Positions 56,274 to 64,000 of a stretch of DNA of 64,000 nucleotides are shown in pieces (the stretch's first letter is position 1; every line of letters starts with the position of its first letter). This stretch comes from a virus (lineage: Duplodnaviria; Heunggongvirae; Uroviricota; Caudoviricetes): the IMG/VR virus record IMGVR_UViG_3300037418_003103; one strand, given 5' to 3'. The notes below the pieces were generated by a model that saw only the letters and a program-made list of their open reading frames with translations, was not told where the DNA came from and made no database searches. Made by a program: the position numbers and the translations under genes.

Positions 56274-56582
56274 CTATTTTTGTTTTAAAGAGGCAACTTT
56301 ATTATTCTTTATTTTTAAAATGAATGTCCTAGCTAATCCCTTAAATGATCTAAAGAACTGCTTTTCAAATATAGCATCTGAGTATCTTGATTCTCTATCA
56401 AGAGCATTAAGGACTGAACGATGTTTATTTAACGGATGAGATATTTCATTTTTCATTCCAGCATCTTCAAATATTTGATGGAGCATGAGCAAGTCTCCAT
56501 AAGAAACACTATCTAGATGTTTAAATCTACTGTCCTCCTTTAACAATTTCTCAGCTATTTTAGATATTCGTTGACTAGACAT
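56274..56582 (-). CDS. hypothetical protein
   Basis: 102-aa ORF. Confidence 0.45.
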   Translation of the reverse strand: MSSQRISKIAEKLLKEDSRFKHLDSVSYGDLLMLHQIFEDAGMKNEISHPLNKHRSVLNALDRESRYSDAIFEKQFFRSFKGLARTFILKIKNNKVASLKQK

Positions 56583-56592
56583 AATATTTATT

Positions 56593-56910
56593 TTAGTTCA
56601 GATAAATCTTTGTTACTATATCCATCACCTTTTTAAAAATAAACGTTGGATACACCTCCTTATTATCAAGCATCTCTTTATATAAATTTACACTTTCATA
56701 AACCGCTGTGTGGCCTCTATTTATGAACTTACCTATTTCCTCAAGTGATATTGACTGATCTAGTATTTCCCTGGCGGTGTACATATATAAACGTCTACAA
56801 AATCTAAGCTCTTTTGTTTGTTTAGAGCTTTTAAGATCATTTATTGGTAAGTTACATACATCCGATATTGTTTCTAAAATAATTGGTAATAGTGGATGAG
56901 CAGTTTTCAT
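56593..56910 (-). CDS. hypothetical protein
   Basis: 105-aa ORF. Confidence 0.45.
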   Translation of the reverse strand: MKTAHPLLPIILETISDVCNLPINDLKSSKQTKELRFCRRLYMYTAREILDQSISLEEIGKFINRGHTAVYESVNLYKEMLDNKEVYPTFIFKKVMDIVTKIYLN

Positions 56911-56937
56911 TTTATTTTAAACATTTATTTTAACTTA

Positions 56938-57351
56938 TTAATCAACCCATTCAATTTTTGAACAATTTTTTTTAATATTCTCTACACGGTAAATCACATA
57001 ACCAATACCCGAAGCTATTAAAACTATAATAGAGATTACTAAAAATAGGATAATTGCTCCGTAACAATAATATAACATTAATAAAATAAATCTGTTTGAT
57101 ACGTGAAAGTATTCCTTATTAGGTATACCAATGGCCATAAATAGCGGAACATGAAAAATAAATCGGTAAGCTTTTACCTTATCATCCAAGTTAATAATTA
57201 ATTTATTAATTAAATGCCCTGGCCATGCAGGCAACAGAAATATCCAGGATAATAATGATTTCCAAAAAAATGCACAAATTGATTCAGGTAAATGATCACC
57301 GAATGTTGATACATACAATTTAGTATTAAAACTGTTTTTACTTAATTTCAT
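56938..57351 (-). CDS. membrane protein
   Basis: 137-aa ORF, multiple hydrophobic segments. Confidence 0.45.
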   Translation of the reverse strand: MKLSKNSFNTKLYVSTFGDHLPESICAFFWKSLLSWIFLLPAWPGHLINKLIINLDDKVKAYRFIFHVPLFMAIGIPNKEYFHVSNRFILLMLYYCYGAIILFLVISIIVLIASGIGYVIYRVENIKKNCSKIEWVD

Positions 57352-57361
57352 ATAATTTTAT

Positions 57362-57862
57362 TTAATTGAATCTAATTTCATTATTAATAAGATTAGCCTC
57401 TATTCTTACAGAGTTTAAGGATTCAAAATATCCACACCATGGTGCGTATATTTGAAACTTCTTACCGTTGTCAGTATATAGAATTATTTGATTTATAGCA
57501 TCATGCTGTGCTATGATATAACCCGTCTTATACCCTTTCTTCTGAAACATTTCAATATCTTCTTCGCTAATCGCATTGGTTCTACCTTTTGCATCAAAAA
57601 TAACTGGCACTATTCTTTTAACGAACCAATCCTTTTCAGAATTTTTAGATACAATATCGTCAAATTTGGTTAGATAATTTATCTTATCCAGATACTGCAG
57701 ATAGTGTTCCTCAATCCTTTTAAGATTAGCCTGGGCTACTTCGTACTTGTTAAACTCCAATTCAAGTGCATCCTCATTAAAGTAAAAGGTTCCGTTAGAA
57801 TCACCTGTATTATAGTTGTAAATAATTTTATATTTTTTCATTAAATAAGAATTAGATTGCAA
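57362..57862 (-). CDS. hypothetical protein
   Basis: 166-aa ORF. Confidence 0.5.
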   Translation of the reverse strand: MQSNSYLMKKYKIIYNYNTGDSNGTFYFNEDALELEFNKYEVAQANLKRIEEHYLQYLDKINYLTKFDDIVSKNSEKDWFVKRIVPVIFDAKGRTNAISEEDIEMFQKKGYKTGYIIAQHDAINQIILYTDNGKKFQIYAPWCGYFESLNSVRIEANLINNEIRFN

Positions 57863-57896
57863 ATTTAAGAATAATCTTGTAAAACGCCAAAATTAT

Positions 57897-58202
57897 CTAC
57901 ATCTCTTGAAATTCTTCACACTTGGTGACTCCAATTGTTAATAATTGTAAATTACATATTATTCCACTTCCCTTACCAAGAGTAAGTTCTGACCTAAGAT
58001 CTACCCACCCCTCAGCGATTTCATTAGCCTCGCTGATTTGGCTCCAATCCTTTCCAAGCACCCTTAAACTACAACCAACATAGCCATTCATGATGTTTTC
58101 GTCAGAAGCAGGTTTTCTTGCGTTTCGGCAATTATGGCAAAGCGAAGGGAACTTTGCCTTTACTTCTGAGAGTAACTTCTCATTATTTACTTTTTCTGTC
58201 AT
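57897..58202 (-). CDS. hypothetical Cys-containing protein
   Basis: 101-aa ORF. Confidence 0.45.
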   Translation of the reverse strand: MTEKVNNEKLLSEVKAKFPSLCHNCRNARKPASDENIMNGYVGCSLRVLGKDWSQISEANEIAEGWVDLRSELTLGKGSGIICNLQLLTIGVTKCEEFQEM

Positions 58203-58203
58203 A

Positions 58204-59379
58204 TTATTCCTCTAATTCAAATTGATTTTCAAAACCATAATACAATAAACCTATTGTGGCAAGACTTGTAAGTATATAAGTAAGCCATAATTCAAATGTA
58301 GAAGGATCAACCTGCAAATAATCAAATTCCTTAAAATCTCTGTATTGGAATTGCTCGGTATCTTTCTCAATTATCCTATATAACTGTAAAAAATTAATCT
58401 TATCAATATTTGCGATATCATTCCTAAGGTCAATCTCAATTCTTTTATTGGTAGTCCAGGTGAACGGATACACCCAGTTTATACTACCAGTATTCTTGTT
58501 GACATCTATGCATATAACCACTTCATTCTTATTTCCTCCATCCCAATAATATTTCTGTTTAACCGCAGTTTCTATTGGCTTTCCATATGTCATAAGTACA
58601 AATATGTGTATTTTTCGTATAGGTCCATAATATCCATTAAAATAATTAAAGTAAATGCGTGTACCACGCTTGATAGCATCACTAATTGTTTTTAATGAAT
58701 CAAGACCTAGTATTGTTTCTTGAGAGTACTTATCAATTCCTGGATACTCATACAAGTTAAGTTTACTAGCTTCTCTGTGACTTATGTCCAATAGATCAAA
58801 ATTAGCCTTCGCTGTTTGAACCTTATTCTTATAGTTTTCTGACCAAGTAGATGATTCAGAAGTAAGAATATCGCCTTTCCATGTAACCGAATAGGCGTCT
58901 CCGTCCTTACCACAGCCACCATGAAAATCTATATTCCTATTTAATTCTATTTTAACTGGTACCGATTTCCACTTAATTCTAAGATCGTTATATTTCTGTT
59001 CGGATATGCTCCAGGAATGTCCTTGGTTATCATAAGCCATCCAGTATGCGTCATGCTCATCACAATGAGAACAATCATAGTATCTTGTACAGTACTCAGC
59101 ATGACCTTTACTATCAGTGCCACACTGATACTGTTCTGAACAAGTTTCTGTTATCCATGTAGAGTAAGCCTCATAATATCTAGCTTCCACGATCAACCCA
59201 CTCAGATATTGTTTATCTAGTGTCGCAGAATATTCTCTAACATACTTAATTCCAAGTATGAGAAGGAAACAAGCTGCAGATGGGAGCAATAGCTCCCACC
59301 ATACAAACTCTTTTTTCCAACCAAGATAGGCTATAAAACATCCCATTAATGGGATTAGCATTGCAAGCCATATTATCAT
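58204..59379 (-). CDS. membrane protein with N- and C-terminal TM segments and Cys-rich ectodomain
   Basis: 391-aa ORF; CGTDSKGHAEYCTRYYDCSHCDEHD. Confidence 0.55.
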   Translation of the reverse strand: MIIWLAMLIPLMGCFIAYLGWKKEFVWWELLLPSAACFLLILGIKYVREYSATLDKQYLSGLIVEARYYEAYSTWITETCSEQYQCGTDSKGHAEYCTRYYDCSHCDEHDAYWMAYDNQGHSWSISEQKYNDLRIKWKSVPVKIELNRNIDFHGGCGKDGDAYSVTWKGDILTSESSTWSENYKNKVQTAKANFDLLDISHREASKLNLYEYPGIDKYSQETILGLDSLKTISDAIKRGTRIYFNYFNGYYGPIRKIHIFVLMTYGKPIETAVKQKYYWDGGNKNEVVICIDVNKNTGSINWVYPFTWTTNKRIEIDLRNDIANIDKINFLQLYRIIEKDTEQFQYRDFKEFDYLQVDPSTFELWLTYILTSLATIGLLYYGFENQFELEE

Positions 59380-59399
59380 TGGATAATGTTTAAATTATA

Positions 59400-59963
59400 T
59401 TAAAATACTTTAACGTCGTTGTCTTTTCCTGATTTCATCACTTCATCAGTTTTGTCAGAAGTGATCGGATTGTATACCAATTCCTTTCTACCTAGGAATA
59501 AGTTATAAACGTTATTTGGAAAACTCCTAAGAAAGCGTGAGTGTTCACGTTGAATACTAGAAAGGGTTGTCTCTCTTTCATAAAAAGAGTTTCTTTCACT
59601 CTCAATACTCCTACTAAGATCTCTGTATAATTCCTGGACTGCCCTAAAATCTGCATTTGGATTACTCTCTGTTATCCATTTCATGAAAAGTCCTTGAGCA
59701 TCCTTGCGGCCCTCCATAATAAGGGCTACATTGTGTTTAAAAGAAGAATCATTCTTAACAGCTATTTGACTTTGCTGTGAAATAGTCTTCCACATCTTGT
59801 CGAAGAAGGCCGTCCTGTTTTTAATCTGCATGTCAAACTCAGTTCTAAAATTAACATCAGTATTATTAAAGGAAGCATACGTTGAAACAATAAAGATTAC
59901 TGGCATTATAATTAATACTGCCTTAACTAAAATTCCTGGTATTTTAAAATTTCCTATATTCAT
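59400..59963 (-). CDS. membrane-anchored protein (weak LemA-like)
   Basis: 187-aa ORF with N-terminal TM; directly upstream of the SPFH gene. Confidence 0.4.
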   Translation of the reverse strand: MNIGNFKIPGILVKAVLIIMPVIFIVSTYASFNNTDVNFRTEFDMQIKNRTAFFDKMWKTISQQSQIAVKNDSSFKHNVALIMEGRKDAQGLFMKWITESNPNADFRAVQELYRDLSRSIESERNSFYERETTLSSIQREHSRFLRSFPNNVYNLFLGRKELVYNPITSDKTDEVMKSGKDNDVKVF

Positions 59964-59978
59964 TTTATTTAATTTTTA

Positions 59979-60899
59979 TTATTTGCTTAATTGTAACATG
60001 ATTCCGCCGCTTCCGCTTTGAACGCTTGGAAGTACTCCATTCCATTTATCAATCTTCAAGTATTGAATGTATAAATCAGTTAATTGAGCTTGTTTAACTT
60101 TTGTTTCCTGAGCCTCACCTCCAGCTCTGATAACTCTTGCTGAACTATCAGCTCTTGCGACGGCAATTTTTCTTTGTCCATCAGCAATAGCAACAAGTTT
60201 TTGATTTTCTGCAACCTGAACGTCCTGAATAGCTTTGGTCTTTGCTTCAATACTTGCTTGTAGTGATGGTGGCGGAATTATATTGGTTCTTAACTGAGAA
60301 ATGATAAACCATTTGGAGAGCCTTTTATTCGCCTCTTGAACGATATTTCCTTCAAATCTCTCTCTTTCGTTAAAGATACTATCAACACTCCACTTATTTG
60401 CCACGTCATTGACTGCGCCTACAATGGCATTTTGAAGCCACCCCTGTTCAATCCCCTTAATATCAAGTCTAAGATTAAGGAACATGTCACCAACATCACC
60501 TGGCTTAAGTGAGTAATTAAATTTAGGGTGAATAGTAGCTGAAAACCCTCCCTTTGTGATTACTTGTTGTTGAGGATACTCAATAGTTTGTTGATAAATT
60601 GGAAATTCGTATAGAATAGCAACCCATGAATTAATGACCACCCATCCAGTTTTATACTCTAATTTAGATACGCCTCTATCGCCGCCAGTAAGATTTACTT
60701 TAATACCGACATGACCCGCATCAACACGCTCTAATTTAAGTGGATTAATTAAAGAAATAAGAAGTCCAATAATAAGTATTCCAAATCCCTTCCAGAATAA
60801 GGGTGACGCAGCAAACGGTGCCTTTATTTTATCTGAATTGTTTTTGAAAAAAATAAATGTTGCAAAAAGTGTAACAACTGCTAAAAAAATAGAAATCAT
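59979..60899 (-). CDS. SPFH/band-7 (HflK/C, prohibitin-like) membrane protein
   Basis: N-terminal TM; C-terminal AENQKLVAIADGQRKIAVARADSSARVIRAGGEAQ is an HflK/C-like helical repeat. Confidence 0.6.
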   Translation of the reverse strand: MISIFLAVVTLFATFIFFKNNSDKIKAPFAASPLFWKGFGILIIGLLISLINPLKLERVDAGHVGIKVNLTGGDRGVSKLEYKTGWVVINSWVAILYEFPIYQQTIEYPQQQVITKGGFSATIHPKFNYSLKPGDVGDMFLNLRLDIKGIEQGWLQNAIVGAVNDVANKWSVDSIFNERERFEGNIVQEANKRLSKWFIISQLRTNIIPPPSLQASIEAKTKAIQDVQVAENQKLVAIADGQRKIAVARADSSARVIRAGGEAQETKVKQAQLTDLYIQYLKIDKWNGVLPSVQSGSGGIMLQLSK

Positions 60900-61306
60900 T
60901 TAAAAAGGGTTTTAATTTGTTTTGAAAATAAAATTTTAATTAACGCTAGCTCAATAATAAGGCATAGAATAGTGGCTAACATACTACTCTGTCTATTTAG
61001 CAAATACTCAAAATTAACACTGCTAAGTATAATTAATATAAGCATTCGAATAAAAATGTTTATCGCTTCTGGCATGTTTTTTTTGCAAAAATACTATTAA
61101 GTTTCTAATAAACCAATTTTATTTTAAAATAAAGGATTTATTGGCCGAATAAGCCATTTACCAATTCGAATACTATTGGCGTATTCATAGCGTTCCGAAA
61201 ATCTCATCTGATACTTTGTTAAGTCCTTAAAGACTAATCCATAACCAAATATTCTGAACCAGAAAAAACCATCCGATTTATGATAATAAAAAATACGCAT
61301 AGTTAA

Positions 61307-61627
61307 TTATTTTTTAATTACTTTCATCCTATTGAATGTGGAAAATAAGTATTCTTGGAGCTCATTGCCTTCACTATCACATAATACAACCTTAGTATAA
61401 GTATCAAGTTGCCAATCGGTTCCTTCATCTATTTTGACGTCTCGTCCAGTAATTTCTTCATAGTAAAGAAATTTAGTTTGCATCAAACTAGGAATGGGAA
61501 GAAATACATTGTTTCTATAATGAACCAGAGCTCTCCCTATCTCATAAGAGGGAGGAGCATATCCCCATTCCAAATTTTCAATTAAAGAAATAGGGTGTCC
61601 TACATAAAATTCCATTGATGTATCCAT
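61307..61627 (-). CDS. hypothetical protein
   Basis: 106-aa ORF. Confidence 0.45.
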   Translation of the reverse strand: MDTSMEFYVGHPISLIENLEWGYAPPSYEIGRALVHYRNNVFLPIPSLMQTKFLYYEEITGRDVKIDEGTDWQLDTYTKVVLCDSEGNELQEYLFSTFNRMKVIKK

Positions 61628-61727
61628 AACAAGTCGTTTTACTTATAGAAACGGATGAAACATAAAAAGTTTTCCTGTTAAACAATAATTTTAACATTAT
61701 TTATTTACAATCTGTTCTTTGGTATAA

Positions 61728-62201
61728 TTATGAGCCTACGGTCTCGTTGGTTCCTTCCCATACAAATTCATTAACATCTAAATGTTTAAAGCATCCAATA
61801 CAATAAGTCGCACCATAGAATTTTGGGTCTCTGGCATATGTCTCAGCAATTGTTTTATTCATCTTTGTTTTGGTTCCACACCCACCCATTCTATCGCCAG
61901 TATAAGTATCTAAGTCATGTTGTGTCATAAATATCCCGATTAAAGAATTTCCTTCTATCTTATCGTAAGTTAAGAAGGCGACATATTCGTTGTTAAATTC
62001 AGATTTTTGTTTGTCTGTCAAAAGTGAAACCCTTCCAGGCCTTTCTTTTCTACCCACGTGTATATAAGAATCTCTTACAGGTCTTACAAACCCTTTATTT
62101 CTTTCTTCCTCAGAAAGAACCAAGTATTTTGAGTGTTGTCCGATCCGTTCAGAATCAATTCCGTGACCCAGTTCTGGATCGTTTTTATCTGTTGTTAGCA
62201 T
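61728..62201 (-). CDS. hypothetical protein
   Basis: 157-aa ORF. Confidence 0.5.
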   Translation of the reverse strand: MLTTDKNDPELGHGIDSERIGQHSKYLVLSEEERNKGFVRPVRDSYIHVGRKERPGRVSLLTDKQKSEFNNEYVAFLTYDKIEGNSLIGIFMTQHDLDTYTGDRMGGCGTKTKMNKTIAETYARDPKFYGATYCIGCFKHLDVNEFVWEGTNETVGS

Positions 62202-62205
62202 ATTT

Positions 62206-62715
62206 TTAATTTAAAAGTTCATTTAAAGTACTGTATATTTTATCCAAATCATCTTTATGCTTAGAATTTTGTATATACAAATGCCCTTTTTTATTTGAGG
62301 TCATTTCAGCATATACCCTTTTAGCAATTATGGCCTGGTTCACATTTTGAATATTGAGGGTTCTACCCAGGAATGTAATTCTGGATGATTGTAGGAACTC
62401 ATCAGGAACCTTGAAACAACAAATATGCACATCACCTATCTTTGCACCCACACGCTCTATCTGGAGACCATTTATATCAGTTGTTGTTTCAGATGAGATA
62501 TCAGAAGCAGTACTCATACATAATACAGTATTGTTTGAAAAGTTTTCTGTAAGCGGAAAGAATAAATCAATGTCTTTTATTTTTCTTCTGATTAATCCTA
62601 CAGCATTAAGAGCAATAGATCCACCAAATACAACATTTGGAGTGCGTTCAAGAATCAAATCAATTGCCGAAAGCAGTTTATTAGATAGAACCCAGTTATT
62701 TTCTAAATTATTCAT
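62206..62715 (-). CDS. possible nucleotidyltransferase-fold protein
   Basis: VVFGGSIALNAVGLIRRKIKDIDLF approximates the pol-beta NTase motif G[GS]...DxD; weak. Confidence 0.35.
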   Translation of the reverse strand: MNNLENNWVLSNKLLSAIDLILERTPNVVFGGSIALNAVGLIRRKIKDIDLFFPLTENFSNNTVLCMSTASDISSETTTDINGLQIERVGAKIGDVHICCFKVPDEFLQSSRITFLGRTLNIQNVNQAIIAKRVYAEMTSNKKGHLYIQNSKHKDDLDKIYSTLNELLN

Positions 62716-62726
62716 AGTTTTGGCTT

Positions 62727-62939
62727 TTAATAGTTATTGTCAAATTCCCATGGAGAACCGATAACGGGTGAGTCTTCATCTTCATATATCACATCAACAA
62801 CCCAATAGTTTCTAAAGGTTGATTCCTTCAATTCATATAGAATAGAAGCCAACTCTTCATTTGTTAAATCATATATCTTTGAAGCCAGAACTTTAATAGC
62901 TGTATCTCTGCTTATTGTATATGTACTTCTTACACCCAT
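62727..62939 (-). CDS. hypothetical protein
   Basis: 70-aa ORF. Confidence 0.4.
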   Translation of the reverse strand: MGVRSTYTISRDTAIKVLASKIYDLTNEELASILYELKESTFRNYWVVDVIYEDEDSPVIGSPWEFDNNY

Positions 62940-62945
62940 ATAATT

Positions 62946-63347
62946 TTATTTTAGTAATTCTAATTGCTCGTCCCAATAATTAGCATCTTTCATGCGTTGA
63001 ACAAGTTCCTTCAAGGGACGTATTCCCCTCTTTAACGCAGCCCACTTAACAGGTCCATACATCTCGTTTTCTTTCCACATCTTGTATAGACTAATTATTT
63101 CACTATCAGCGTCACCATCATTATTGGTGATGCATTCTCCGTCAGCAGAGGCATAATCAAATGTATCATTGCAATTAACGTAAACACATGTTGTCCATGT
63201 AGGTTTTTTATAATATCCAGGGTGTTGTTTTGAAAGGTCAACGTTGTTTAAGAAACATACATCAGCAGCCAATAAACATGCTAATGCTAAATTTTCATTA
63301 TAATATTCTTCATCAAGAATATCATCCTCGTTTATTTTTATAATCAT
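62946..63347 (-). CDS. hypothetical protein
   Basis: 133-aa ORF. Confidence 0.5.
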   Translation of the reverse strand: MIIKINEDDILDEEYYNENLALACLLAADVCFLNNVDLSKQHPGYYKKPTWTTCVYVNCNDTFDYASADGECITNNDGDADSEIISLYKMWKENEMYGPVKWAALKRGIRPLKELVQRMKDANYWDEQLELLK

Positions 63348-63349
63348 GT

Positions 63350-63649
63350 TTATTGAAGTTTAAATAATTCAGGTTCAAATAATTTATCAAATTGCTCCCT
63401 GGCGTAAACTTCTAGCGAGTTATACTCTATATCCCGAACAAGTAAATCATCAGAGCGCATAATCTTGCCATCACTACCAATATACAACGGGTGTGGTATC
63501 TTAAAATAACTCTCTCTTTCTTTTATTTCTAAGTCACCAGCAAAGTGAAAGTAATTATCACAACTTCTTTGTTTATCTTTACAATAATCCTTTAACTCCT
63601 GAAACGTCCATACTTCAAATAGTCTTGGTTTACTTTTTACTATCGTCAT
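63350..63649 (-). CDS. hypothetical protein
   Basis: 99-aa ORF. Confidence 0.45.
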   Translation of the reverse strand: MTIVKSKPRLFEVWTFQELKDYCKDKQRSCDNYFHFAGDLEIKERESYFKIPHPLYIGSDGKIMRSDDLLVRDIEYNSLEVYAREQFDKLFEPELFKLQ

Positions 63650-63827
63650 TAAGTTTTTTATTTAATGCTTGTTTATATATGGGTGTCTCCATGGCCCAAT
63701 TAACATCAAGTGGCACACCGCCCCAAATTTTAAAACAAATTTCTTTATACTGAATCAACTCTTCTTCTGTAAACTTATAAGACTTTCCGTCATTTGAATT
63801 AAAATATTTATTTGATTGGTTATTCAT
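63630..63827 (-). CDS. hypothetical protein
   Basis: 65-aa ORF. Confidence 0.4.
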   Translation of the reverse strand: MNNQSNKYFNSNDGKSYKFTEEELIQYKEICFKIWGGVPLDVNWAMETPIYKQALNKKLNDDSKK

Positions 63828-64000
63828 TTAAATAAAAATACTATTAAAAATAATCTCTTGCAACTTTTTAGATTTACAAATAATGTGAATTTAAAAACAA
63901 GTATCAAATTGGCCAATTAGCCTAATAACTGGGAGTGCTTTAGTCCTCTTATATTTCACCCTCTATTAAATTCATTTTCTAGAGCGAGTAATAATTTACT

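Noticed and set aside
1-64000. Stop-codon recoding (as in some crAss-like or Lak phages), hinted at by a possible UUA-anticodon tRNA.
   Set aside because: ORFs tile the minus strand nearly without gaps under the standard code, with no systematically truncated genes.
1-64000. Archaeal or eukaryotic virus origin, considered because of small tRNA introns.
   Set aside because: The promoter geometry fits Bacteroidetes -33/-7, not a TATA/BRE at -26. Dam(PF05869)-like methyltransferase, DUF551 and lipobox lipoproteins are bacterial or phage features.

Overview
This is a 64 kb, AT-rich (about 32-35% GC) window with about 115 short genes, almost all on the minus strand and tightly packed. It reads like the early or host-takeover region of a large virulent bacteriophage, and the promoter architecture points to a Bacteroidetes host. 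Gene products are assigned from motifs read by eye.

- **Promoters.** At least 15 copies of a roughly 36-nt conserved motif sit directly upstream of minus-strand start codons. In gene orientation it reads AATTTGGTAsTTTCAATAATTAGTCTTATATTTGCA, which matches the Bacteroidetes sigma-A -33 TTTG / -7 TAnnTTTG consensus. Several copies abut the ATG, which implies leaderless mRNAs.
- **Recognisable proteins.** These include a phage Dam-family N6-adenine DNA methyltransferase (NPPY motif), a 5'(3')-deoxyribonucleotidase, a DUF488 protein, a macro-domain protein next to a lambda-like Ser/Thr metallophosphatase, an SPFH/band-7 protein, a 677-aa protein with a C-terminal TerD-like domain, two DUF551 paralogues, an XRE-type HTH regulator, a P-loop kinase, a bactofilin-like beta-helix repeat protein and several lipoproteins.
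- **tRNA-like genes.** Four tRNA-like genes have perfectly paired 7-bp acceptor stems and canonical D and T arms, but each carries about 15-55 extra nucleotides between the D arm and the T arm. One of them resolves exactly to a canonical 73-nt tRNA-Lys(TTT) once a 49-nt insert in the anticodon stem is removed. This points to small intron-like insertions, which is unusual for a phage.
- **Other features.** There are three 62-bp repeats with a 9-bp hairpin upstream of small genes, a strand-switch region with divergent promoters, a GC-rich (about 48%) foreign island at about 12.0-13.75 kb, covarying hairpin pairs, and a 44-bp direct repeat flanking a single-gene cassette.
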